In this document: one piece after another, positions 34,948 to 43,134 of the stretch
Position numbering within the stretch: the first letter of the stretch is position 1
Layout: each line of letters starts with the position of its first letter
Notes under the pieces: model-generated
What the model saw: the letters and a program-made list of their open reading frames with translations, nothing else
Told to the model about the DNA's origin: nothing
Database searches by the model: none
Translations under genes and position numbers: made by a program
Source: an uncultured Gemmatimonadaceae bacterium
GTDB lineage: Bacteria > Gemmatimonadota > Gemmatimonadetes > Gemmatimonadales > GWC2-71-9
Length of the DNA stretch: 64,000 nucleotides
Reading direction: 5' to 3'
Assembly (NCBI GenBank): GCA_964574295.1
Contig: CAZNLY010000006.1
Span: 48,805 to 112,804 of the forward strand

Positions 34948-35034
34948 TCACCCCACCCAGCTTGGCCGGAGTCGACGCCGCACGAAGTGTCCGGGCGTCC
35001 GTTCCACCTCTCCCGCGATTGCCGAGGACCGCCG

Positions 35035-35631
35035 GTGAACTGCCCATCTCGAACGCCCCCGGGCCCGCGCGCCGGGTTCACGCTGGTGGAGATGCTGATC
35101 GTGGTGATCATCATCGCGATCACCTCCGCCATCGCGTTCCCCAAGATCAACGTGTCGCGCATCCGGTCGAAGGCGGCCATCACCACCCTCGGCACCACGA
35201 TGCTGGCCATCCAGCGCGACGCCATCGCCAAGCAGCACAACGTCCTCGTGCTGGTGGACTCGGTGAACGCCCGGCTCCGGGTGGCCTACGACTCGACCAA
35301 CGACCTCCGGATCACGACGGGGGAGCGGGTGCGGGCGGTGGACCTGGGCGAGGAGATCGTCTTCGGCCGGCCGTCGGGCGTGCCGGCACGGCCCTTCGGG
35401 ACCAACCCGATCAACTTCGTGCAGCGGGAGCCCACCACCAACCTCCCGGTCATCATCCTCTACCGGAACGGCAGCGCCTCCGAGGCCGGCGGGCTCTACC
35501 TGAGCACCGTCAAGGCCATGGCCGGGCTGCCGGGCCACCAGAACGAGACCTGGGCCATGGAAATGGTCCGGGCCACGGGACGCGCGGAATGGATGCGCTG
35601 GAACGGCACCGGCTGGGTGCGGGGGTTCTGA
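35035..35631 (+). CDS. prepilin-type protein, GspH/FimT/FimU-like pseudopilin (module 1)
   Basis: GAGGA then GTG 35035 (longest ORF starts at GTG 34987). Class III signal ...GPRAG|FTLVEMLIVVIIIAITSAIAFP with Glu+5. 198 aa. The stop shares one nt with the next ATG. Confidence 0.8.
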   Translation: MNCPSRTPPGPRAGFTLVEMLIVVIIIAITSAIAFPKINVSRIRSKAAITTLGTTMLAIQRDAIAKQHNVLVLVDSVNARLRVAYDSTNDLRITTGERVRAVDLGEEIVFGRPSGVPARPFGTNPINFVQREPTTNLPVIILYRNGSASEAGGLYLSTVKAMAGLPGHQNETWAMEMVRATGRAEWMRWNGTGWVRGF

Positions 35632-36029
35632 TGCGGACCAACGAACGCGGCTTCACGCTCATCGAGATGGCCATCGCCCTCACGATCCTGTCGATCGTGC
35701 TCGTGGCCATTCCCTACGCCGGCCTCCGCTTCACCAAGGCCGTCTCCACCAACCGGGTGCGCAACGAGGCGAACGCGATCGCCGACGCGTGGATCGCGCA
35801 GTGCCGCTCGCTGCCCAACTACGCCGCCCTCGACTCCACCAACGGCCGGTGCCGCGGCACGGTGACCGGGCTCGGCACGTACAACTTCACCCGGACCACC
35901 ACCGTGACCGGCGACGCCACCCTTTCCGGCGTGGCCGACTCCCTCAACAACTACAAGCGGATCTCCGTCGTCGTCACCTCGACCTCGCTCGCCTCGCCGG
36001 TCAAGCGGACGGTGACGGTGGCCAAGTGA
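35631..36029 (+). CDS. prepilin-type protein, PilV/GspI-sized minor pilin (module 1)
   Basis: MRTNERG|FTLIEMAIALTILSIVLV, 132 aa. Found as the C-terminal part of track ORF 34764..36029. Confidence 0.8.
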   Translation: MRTNERGFTLIEMAIALTILSIVLVAIPYAGLRFTKAVSTNRVRNEANAIADAWIAQCRSLPNYAALDSTNGRCRGTVTGLGTYNFTRTTTVTGDATLSGVADSLNNYKRISVVVTSTSLASPVKRTVTVAK

Positions 36030-36043
36030 GGAGGGAGCCCCCC

Positions 36044-37225
36044 ATGCGCACCCGCCGCGGCGTGACCCTGGTCGAGATGCTGATCGCCATCACCGTCTTC
36101 ACGATGGTGCTGGCGGCCACCCTCGGGTTCCTCTCCCGCATCACGCGCGGGCTCGACCGGAACGCCAGTGACATGGGCATGCTGCAGAACCTGACCTTCG
36201 CCAGCTCGATCCTGCAGGAGGAGCTGCGGATGGCCGGGGCCAACGTGCCCTTCAAGCAGCCGGTCATCATCTACGCCGGCGCCAACTCCTTCAGCTTCAA
36301 CGCCGACTACGCCTCGAACGTGGACAGCCTGTACGCGGTGTACCTGCTGCCCAACCTGCCGGCCGGGCAGCGCAACGCGATGATCCCGGCCGACCGGATC
36401 GCCATCCCGGGGTCGAGCCCGTCGTTCAGCTACCCCGACTCGACGTACATGGCCGACGGCGGCGCCGCGATGCCGAGCCCCGCCGAGACGATCACCTGGT
36501 TCTTTGCCCTCGACACCAGCACCACGGCGGGCAACGACTACGTCCTCTTCCGGCAGGTCAACGACCAGCCGCCCGAGGTGGCCATCCGCAACGTCATCCA
36601 GACCCCGGGCCGGAACTTCTTCCGCTACTACTACAAGCGGATTCCCGCCTCGGGCACCTCGTCCTCCTCGCTCGATACCGTGCCGACCGCCTGGATGCCG
36701 CTCCGGCACACCCAGGGCGTCCACGGCATGCCGTCGGACACGGCGGCGGCGGCGCGGGTGGACAGCCTGGCCCAGGTGGAGGTGGCCTTCACGGTCACGA
36801 ACGCCCTCACCGGCGCCAACCAGCGGACGCGGGCCATCTCGTTCATCGTGCCGATGCCGAACATGGGCACCAAGAAGGTCACGAGCTGCGGGGACATGCC
36901 CCTCTTCGGGTCGGGCATCACCACCACCTGGCAGATCAACACCGCCGCCTCCCCGCCCGACACCTTCATGCTCATCCGGTGGAACCGCGCCACCGACGAG
37001 ACTGGCGGCGAGTCCGACGTGGTGGCGTACATCATCTGGCGCCGCCTCCTGAGCGAGACGACGTGGGACGAGCCGCTGGCGGCGGTCCCGGCGGGTGCCG
37101 CCAATCCCAGCTTTGCCGACCAGACGGCCAATCCCGGCACCCAGTACACCTACGCCGTGGCGGCCCAGGATTGCACCCCGACGCTGTCGACGATGTCGAC
37201 GGCCTCACCCCCCGCCTCCCCGTGA
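36044..37225 (+). CDS. prepilin-type protein, PilW/GspJ-like, with C-terminal FN3-like domain (module 1)
   Basis: GAGGAGGGA SD then ATG 36044. MRTRRG|VTLVEMLIAITVFTMVLAA. The C-terminal region LIRWNRATDETGGESDVVAYIIWRR...ANPGTQYTYAVAAQD follows the fibronectin type III pattern. Confidence 0.8.
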   Translation: MRTRRGVTLVEMLIAITVFTMVLAATLGFLSRITRGLDRNASDMGMLQNLTFASSILQEELRMAGANVPFKQPVIIYAGANSFSFNADYASNVDSLYAVYLLPNLPAGQRNAMIPADRIAIPGSSPSFSYPDSTYMADGGAAMPSPAETITWFFALDTSTTAGNDYVLFRQVNDQPPEVAIRNVIQTPGRNFFRYYYKRIPASGTSSSSLDTVPTAWMPLRHTQGVHGMPSDTAAAARVDSLAQVEVAFTVTNALTGANQRTRAISFIVPMPNMGTKKVTSCGDMPLFGSGITTTWQINTAASPPDTFMLIRWNRATDETGGESDVVAYIIWRRLLSETTWDEPLAAVPAGAANPSFADQTANPGTQYTYAVAAQDCTPTLSTMSTASPPASP

Positions 37226-37248
37226 GGCGGCCCCGGAGGGCAGGCACC

Positions 37249-39168
37249 ATGTCGTCCACCCACTTCGTCCGGAACCGGCGCGGCGTCGCGCTCATCACCG
37301 TGATGCTGGTGGCGTTCGCCGCGTCGGCGATCGCCCTGGCGGCGGTGATGATGACGCTCAACGCCAACCTCGTGGCCAAGAACACCGAGCGGGTGTCGGT
37401 GGTGGACGCCGCCGCCATCGCCGGGCTGGAGGAGGCGCGGAGCCGGCTCAACGGCACCCGGGGGCTCTACCCGAACAACGGGTACGTCACCCTCGAGAAC
37501 AACGTGCCGGTCAAGGACGCCTTCAACGCCGCCATCCCGACCGTGACGCGGTCCACGTACATCGGCCCCAGCGGCATCACGAGCGGGCAGTACGGCGTGG
37601 TGGGGAGCATCATCACCGTGGCACGGGACAGCTTCGGCAACCGGGTGGTGCGCCGGCTCGAGGTGAACCAGGAGAGCTTCTCGAAGTTCGCCTACTTCAC
37701 GAACGAGGAGACCGACACCACCGGCAGCACCGTCGTGTTCGCCAGCGGCGACCAGCTCCGCGGCCCGGTGCACTCCAACGACCAGATCCGGATCGGTTCC
37801 TCGCCGACCCCGGCGGTGACCTTCTTCGACCAGGTGACCACCGCCAACGCGTCCATCAACAACCAGTCGAATGGGTCGTTCATCAAGCCGCCGCTCCTCA
37901 GCCAGCCGCGCATCCCGATGCCGACGGTGGCGGACCTCAACAAGCTCGACAGCCTGGCCCAGGTGGGCTCCACCCGCTTTGCCGGCTCCACCGCCGGCGA
38001 CGCCGGCGAGGCGCGCACCCGCGTCCACTTCCTGACCATCGACCTGGGCCCGCCCTACGGCGTCCAGGGCTTCTTCATGGTGTACCAGGCCGGCACCCTC
38101 ACCACCGTGGGGCAGCCGGAGGACTTCGTCTCCGCCAGCCTCCCGACCACGTCGGGCACCACCGGGGGCTACCTGGAGCTCTCGCCCAACTGCGGCGACT
38201 ACGGCACCGGCGGCCGCTTCATGCCCGCGTACTATCACGACACGACCACCCAGGCGGCGCACCTGCACGTGGCCGGCAGCACCAACGCCAACAAGATCGC
38301 GCGCCGCGACTCGTCCCTCACCCGGGGCACCAACTCCCGCTGCTTCCTCGGGGGCGACTCCATCCTGACGAAGCCGGCCATCGCCACGGGCGCCAACGCC
38401 ACCTGGCCGACCAACGGGCACCCTGACGGGGGGGCCTGGGTGGCCGCCCCGGGAGGCATCCAGGCGGCGCTCGCGGCGCTGGGCCCCGTCATCACCAACC
38501 GGCCCGACGCCAACTATCTCTTCCCCCTCAGCCGCCAGTGGAACTCGCGGTTCAAGGGGATCGTCTTCGTGGCGGGCAAGGTCATCGTGGACGGCGTCAT
38601 CCACGGCCGGGTGACCGTGGCCGCCACCGGCAACGTGATCTTCGGCGATGACGTCACCTACTATCAGGGCCAGACCCGCGACTGCGCCACCGGCGACATC
38701 GCCGGGTACTTCTCCGGGCAGTCGCTCCTCGTGTCGAACAACACGGTCAACGCGCCGCAGACCCTGAACAACAACAGCTCGCTCTCGACCGCGCCGTCGG
38801 GGACCTTCCGCAGCTACGATGAGACCGCGAACGAGACGATCCTCGGCTTCTTCCTGACCCTCCGGACCTTCGGCGCGGAGGAGAACAACCTCGGCGCCGA
38901 CGACTCGGAGCGCTGCCTCATCGGCGGCACCTTCAGCGCCGGCCGCGGCTGCCTCGTGACGTTCGGCGGGATCATCCAGGAGAACCGCGGCGCCGTCGGC
39001 CTCACCAGCGGCGAGGGATACGTCAAGCGCTACCAGTACGACGCCTGCGGCGCCACCGACCCGCCGCCGTACTACCCGACCACCGGCGTGTTCATCAAGA
39101 ACCGCTTCTACGAGCTCGACCCGACGCGGTTCAACGTGGCCGGCTGGTTCGCCGCCAACCAGAACTAG
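37249..39168 (+). CDS. large PilX_N/GspK-like prepilin-type protein (module 1)
   Basis: ATG 37249. MSSTHFVRNRRG|VALITVMLVAFAASAIALAAV (no Glu+5). 639 aa. Shares the motif F.F.YF..E......G.VHSN..I with the next gene. Confidence 0.75.
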   Translation: MSSTHFVRNRRGVALITVMLVAFAASAIALAAVMMTLNANLVAKNTERVSVVDAAAIAGLEEARSRLNGTRGLYPNNGYVTLENNVPVKDAFNAAIPTVTRSTYIGPSGITSGQYGVVGSIITVARDSFGNRVVRRLEVNQESFSKFAYFTNEETDTTGSTVVFASGDQLRGPVHSNDQIRIGSSPTPAVTFFDQVTTANASINNQSNGSFIKPPLLSQPRIPMPTVADLNKLDSLAQVGSTRFAGSTAGDAGEARTRVHFLTIDLGPPYGVQGFFMVYQAGTLTTVGQPEDFVSASLPTTSGTTGGYLELSPNCGDYGTGGRFMPAYYHDTTTQAAHLHVAGSTNANKIARRDSSLTRGTNSRCFLGGDSILTKPAIATGANATWPTNGHPDGGAWVAAPGGIQAALAALGPVITNRPDANYLFPLSRQWNSRFKGIVFVAGKVIVDGVIHGRVTVAATGNVIFGDDVTYYQGQTRDCATGDIAGYFSGQSLLVSNNTVNAPQTLNNNSSLSTAPSGTFRSYDETANETILGFFLTLRTFGAEENNLGADDSERCLIGGTFSAGRGCLVTFGGIIQENRGAVGLTSGEGYVKRYQYDACGATDPPPYYPTTGVFIKNRFYELDPTRFNVAGWFAANQN

Positions 39169-39190
39169 GCCCAGCAGAACGCGCTACCGA

Positions 39191-39216
39191 CGAGCCCCCG
39201 CCCCCGCGGGGGCTCG
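39191..39216 (+). terminator. GC-rich stem-loop after pilin module 1
   Basis: CGAGCCCCCGC-cccc-GCGGGGGCTCG (perfect 11-bp stem) followed by TTGCGTT, 23 nt after the stop at 39168. Confidence 0.55.
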
Positions 39217-39247
39217 TTGCGTTCGGGGGCTCCGGCGCCCGCGCCCT

Positions 39248-39266
39248 GCAAGGGCTTGCACGCAAG
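39248..39266. promoter_or_regulatory. palindromic upstream site 2 (candidate enhancer-binding-protein site)
   Basis: GCAAGGGCTTGCACGCAAG, i.e. GCAAG-N2-CTTGC-N2-GCAAG. Centred about 103 nt upstream of the -24 GG at 39360. Confidence 0.45.
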
Positions 39267-39359
39267 AGGCGGCACGACCGGGCTCTCTGGCCGAAAAATG
39301 CAGTTCAAGTAATCTGGTAACACCATGTGTGACAACGCTTTAGATAGATCCCAGAACCG

Positions 39360-39373
39360 GGCACCCGACTTGC
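39360..39373 (+). promoter_or_regulatory. sigma-54 type -24/-12 promoter element, pilin module 2
   Basis: GGCACCCGACTTGC, identical to 34934..34947. 85 nt upstream of ATG 39458. Confidence 0.6.
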
Positions 39374-39457
39374 CAATTCTCCCGCGGACGTCCGCCGCCA
39401 CGCCCCCGGCCCCCGGAGCGTACAGCGGTGGACCACGACCCAAGTTCGGAGTGCCCG

Positions 39458-41257
39458 ATGCGCATGCCTGACCAGCAGCACCCCCTCCAGCCCAGCCTGG
39501 CCGACCGGCGCGGGTTTGCGCTCGAGGCCACGCTGATCGTCCTCGTCCTCGTGTCCGTGCTGGTGGCGGCCTCGGTGGCGAGCTACGTGATGATCCAGAA
39601 GTCGGGCAACGTGGACTACCGCGGGACCCGCGTGTCCTACGCCGCCGAGGCGGGGGCCGACGCCGTCATTTCGCAGCTGGCCGCCAACATGACCGACGGC
39701 ATCCTGAGCTCGGCCGACATCGCGTCGATCACCCTGCCCACCCTCAGCGGCTTCACCTTCGCCACGCCGACCGTCACCACCATCGGCGCACCGGTGCCGC
39801 GCACCATCACCTACGGCCCCTTCAGCGGGCTGATGGGCCTCAACCAGCGGATCGACATCGGCATCACCGCCACCGACGGCCTGGGCAACCGCGGCCAGGT
39901 GGTCGTGACCGCCAACGCCCAGTCGATCCCGCTCTTCCAGTTCGGCGTGTTCTACGACGAGGACCTGGAGATCCACAACGGCCAGAACATGGACTTTGCG
40001 GGCTGGGTGCACAGCAACTCGAACATCTACCTGACGCCGGGCGGCTCGGCGGTGACGAGCTTCCACGACCTCATCACCACCCCGGACAGCCTCTTCTGGC
40101 AGCGGAAGGCCTACAGCGAGCGGAACGCCAACGTGCGGATCGACAACGCCTCCGCGGTGGCGCAGACCCTCAACTTCGACAGCCGGAGCAACCCCGGGCA
40201 GTCGTTCGTGACGGCCAGCAATTCCCTCGTCAACGGCCGGGTCATGACCGGCGTGAGCGGCGTCCAGCCCCTCCGCCTGCCGCTCCCGGTGGGCATGCCC
40301 CCGATCGAGCTGATCCGCCCGCGCAACGGGGCCGACGACGCCGACACCCGCGCCGTCAAGTTTGCCTGGAAGGCCACGGCCCACATCACGGTGGACCTGG
40401 CCCAGCTGGCCAACGTCAACACCTGCGCCGGCCTGACGATCATCGGGTCGCCGCTGCCCACCGGGGCCAGCTGCGCCATGTTCACCGGGATCCCGCAGGC
40501 GTTCTGGGACGGGCGCGAGAACATCGGCGCCGACGTCTTCCAGATCGACGTGGGCGCGCTCCAGACCTGGGCGGCCGGCAGCGCGGCGCGCGACTACAGC
40601 ATCATCTACGTCACGTTCACGAACTACAGCGCCACGACGAACACCCGCGACTATCCCGTGGTGCGGATCCGGAACGGCGCCACGCTGCGGAAGCCGATCA
40701 CCATCTCCACCGACCGCCCCCTCTACCTCTGGGGCGACTACAACACCGTCGGCTGGTACCCGGCCTCGTTCATCGCCGACGCCATCATCTTCCAGTCGAG
40801 CGCCTGGACCGACGCCGCGCACCCGCTCACCGGCCACACCGCCGCGGGCGGCGGCACCGACTGGCTCAACCCGGCCCAGAACACCGCCAACAACATGACG
40901 GTGTACGCCGCCATCGCCGCCGGGCACTCGGCCACCCCCTGCGACTGGCAGCGCGCCTGCACGCCGAGCGCCCCGCCCCCGCTCGTCGGCTCGACGAGCA
41001 ACTACGGCGGCGGGCTCGAGAACTTCCCCCGCTTCCTGGAGAACTTCAGCGGGCGCACGGTGACCTACCGCGGCTCCCTGGTGTCGCTCTTCCAGAGCCA
41101 GTACGCCAACCGGCGCCGGTGGAGCTGGACCTCCTACTACGGCGTCCCCACGCGTGACTGGCGCTTCGACCTCCGCTTCCGGGACCCGAACAACCTTCCC
41201 CCGGGCACCCCGGTGGTGGGCAGCGTGGTGCAGACCTCCTTCCGGCCGGTGTTCTAG
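39458..41257 (+). CDS. large PilX_N/GspK-like prepilin-type protein (module 2)
   Basis: ATG 39458 (alternatives GTG 39428, ATG 39464). ...LADRRG|FALEATLIVLVLVSVLVAASVA. 599 aa. IPLFQFGVFYDEDLEIHNGQNMDFAGWVHSNSNIYL motif. C-terminal GGGLENFPRFLENFSGRTVTYRGSLVSLF...RDWRFDLRF. Confidence 0.75.
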   Translation: MRMPDQQHPLQPSLADRRGFALEATLIVLVLVSVLVAASVASYVMIQKSGNVDYRGTRVSYAAEAGADAVISQLAANMTDGILSSADIASITLPTLSGFTFATPTVTTIGAPVPRTITYGPFSGLMGLNQRIDIGITATDGLGNRGQVVVTANAQSIPLFQFGVFYDEDLEIHNGQNMDFAGWVHSNSNIYLTPGGSAVTSFHDLITTPDSLFWQRKAYSERNANVRIDNASAVAQTLNFDSRSNPGQSFVTASNSLVNGRVMTGVSGVQPLRLPLPVGMPPIELIRPRNGADDADTRAVKFAWKATAHITVDLAQLANVNTCAGLTIIGSPLPTGASCAMFTGIPQAFWDGRENIGADVFQIDVGALQTWAAGSAARDYSIIYVTFTNYSATTNTRDYPVVRIRNGATLRKPITISTDRPLYLWGDYNTVGWYPASFIADAIIFQSSAWTDAAHPLTGHTAAGGGTDWLNPAQNTANNMTVYAAIAAGHSATPCDWQRACTPSAPPPLVGSTSNYGGGLENFPRFLENFSGRTVTYRGSLVSLFQSQYANRRRWSWTSYYGVPTRDWRFDLRFRDPNNLPPGTPVVGSVVQTSFRPVF

Positions 41258-41258
41258 G

Positions 41259-41825
41259 ATGCCGGCCATGCGGCACGACGCCCGGGGCTTCACGCTCGCC
41301 GAGATGATGATCGTGATCGTCGTCCTCGGCCTGGCGACGATGATGATGGTGCCGCGGTTCCGCGCCTCGAGCAAGACCAAGGCGCGGATGGCGGCCACCC
41401 AGCTGACCGCGGACCTCGAGCTGGCCCGGGCCAAGGCGATGGCCCGCCGGGCCACCGTCCGCGTGGTGTTCAATACCGCCGCCAACAGCTACACCGGCTA
41501 CCTCGACTTCGACCGCGACGGGGTCATCGGGCAGACGCTGGCCGAGCGGGACTCGCTCAACGCCTTCGGCACCCGGACCCTCCCCAACGGGGCGGTCTTC
41601 GGGCGGGCGGGCCAGGCGGACATCACCGACTTTGCCGGCTCGGGGGGGATCACCTTCCCGACGCCGCAGATCAATTTCGACGGGCGCGGCCTCACCACCC
41701 CCTTCGGCACCCGCGGCGTCGTGTATGTGCAGCGCACCGATGACTCCGCCGCCGTGGCGGCGGTGACGGTGTCGGGTGCGGGGGGCGTCCGGCTGTGGAC
41801 CACCGAGGGAGGGTACTGGCGATGA
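41259..41825 (+). CDS. prepilin-type protein, GspH/FimT/FimU-like pseudopilin (module 2)
   Basis: ATG 2 nt after the upstream TAG. MPAMRHDARG|FTLAEMMIVIVVLGLATMMMVP. 188 aa. The stop overlaps the next ATG (ATGA). Confidence 0.8.
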   Translation: MPAMRHDARGFTLAEMMIVIVVLGLATMMMVPRFRASSKTKARMAATQLTADLELARAKAMARRATVRVVFNTAANSYTGYLDFDRDGVIGQTLAERDSLNAFGTRTLPNGAVFGRAGQADITDFAGSGGITFPTPQINFDGRGLTTPFGTRGVVYVQRTDDSAAVAAVTVSGAGGVRLWTTEGGYWR

Positions 41826-42193
41826 CCCGGCAGCGCGAAGGCGGCTTCACCCTGATCTCGGTGATCATCGCCGTGGTCATCCTCTCGGTCGGCATCATGG
41901 CCCTGGGCAAGACCCAGGGGATGCTGATCCGGGCCCAGGCCACGAACGCGGAGCGGAACGTGGCGCTCGGCATCGCCCGCAACTACGTGGAGGAGGTGCG
42001 GTCGCGCACCGCCGTGCCCGCCTCGGAGCCCTCGGCCCGCGTCGATGCAACTGGCGCCCTCTCAGGCACGGGCGCCTACCGGCGCACCCTCGACGTGGCC
42101 GACCTGGGCAACAACCTCTACCGCGCCACCTGCAACGTGACGTACCCGCGCGGCACCGTGCCCGTGTCCATCGTCACCCTCATCTACCGGTGA
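41822..42193 (+). CDS. prepilin-type protein, PilV/GspI-sized minor pilin (module 2)
   Basis: MTRQREGG|FTLISVIIAVVILSVGIMAL (Ser in place of Glu+5), 123 aa. Confidence 0.75.
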   Translation: MTRQREGGFTLISVIIAVVILSVGIMALGKTQGMLIRAQATNAERNVALGIARNYVEEVRSRTAVPASEPSARVDATGALSGTGAYRRTLDVADLGNNLYRATCNVTYPRGTVPVSIVTLIYR

Positions 42194-42198
42194 CCGCC

Positions 42199-43122
42199 AT
42201 GCGCCTTCACGCCCCCACCGGCCGGGCGGGCTTCACCCTGGTCGAGCTGATGATCGCGATGATCGCCGGCCTGGTGGTCCTGGCCGCGGCCACCGCCGCC
42301 GTGGCCTCCACCTGGCGGGGCCTCTCCGCCGGCCGCATGCGCGAAGGCATCGAACGGAACGCCCGCTTCATCAACGAGGCGCTCCAGCGCGACCTCTCCG
42401 AGACCGGCGTGGACCTGGCCTCCAGCGTCCGCTTCGGGAGCCTCTCGGTGCGGGGCGACACCATCGTCGTCCTGAGCGTGCCCTACACCAACGGTGTGGC
42501 GGCCGCGGCGCACACCTTCCAGTACGGGGGCGCCCCGCTCGCGCCGGGCACCGGCAGCTGCGGCACCTGGTGCGTGGACGTGGACACGGTGGCCTGGGAC
42601 CTCGCGGCGAACGACGTCGCAGTCCTGCAGTCGAGCAACGAGCGGCGCCTGATCCAGGTCACGAACGTGACGCGGAGCGGGGCCATTGCCTCGATCACCT
42701 TCCGGTCCGACACGACGCTCCTGCAGCACGAGGCGGCGTACGCCCGGAACCTCCAGCTGGCCAACAACGGCACCGCCGTGACCCGGATGAAGTTCGTGGC
42801 CTACTGGGTGGACAACGGGCGGCTGATGCGCGCCGAGCGGATGAATCCGGACGGCACGCCGGCGGGAGAACTGATTGCGACGGGGGTGGACAGCATTCGC
42901 GTCCGCCTGGTGTTCAGCGACGGCAGCGAGGCCACCACCGCCAACCCGACGGACGCGAGCGGCAACAACGATTGGGACGACATCCTGGCGGTGCGGGTGT
43001 TCGCCACCCTCCGGTCCGACCCGACCGACCTCCGCCTCAACGGCGGGCAGCCGGTCACGCGGAACTTCGGCTGGTGGTTTGCGCCCCGGAACCTGCGCTA
43101 CGAGAAGAACCGCATCAACTGA
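42199..43122 (+). CDS. prepilin-type protein, PilW/GspJ-like (module 2)
   Basis: MRLHAPTGRAG|FTLVELMIAMIAGLVVLAAATAA, 307 aa. No FN3-like tail. Confidence 0.8.
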   Translation: MRLHAPTGRAGFTLVELMIAMIAGLVVLAAATAAVASTWRGLSAGRMREGIERNARFINEALQRDLSETGVDLASSVRFGSLSVRGDTIVVLSVPYTNGVAAAAHTFQYGGAPLAPGTGSCGTWCVDVDTVAWDLAANDVAVLQSSNERRLIQVTNVTRSGAIASITFRSDTTLLQHEAAYARNLQLANNGTAVTRMKFVAYWVDNGRLMRAERMNPDGTPAGELIATGVDSIRVRLVFSDGSEATTANPTDASGNNDWDDILAVRVFATLRSDPTDLRLNGGQPVTRNFGWWFAPRNLRYEKNRIN

Positions 43123-43134
43123 CCGGGGTCGGCG

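Noticed and set aside
34987-35034. GTG 34987 as the start of the first pseudopilin.
   Set aside because: It would give a 30-aa leader before the Gly|Phe cleavage site and lies only 40 nt from the -12 element. GTG 35035 has a GAGGA motif 8 nt upstream and gives a 14-aa leader. This is not decisive.
39288-39302. Second sigma-54-like match TGGCCGAAAAATGCA, and a further one, GGCACGACCGGGCT, at about 39270.
   Set aside because: Both have GG-N9-GC spacing, one nt short of the consensus geometry. Neither is duplicated upstream of module 1, unlike the 14-mer at 39360.
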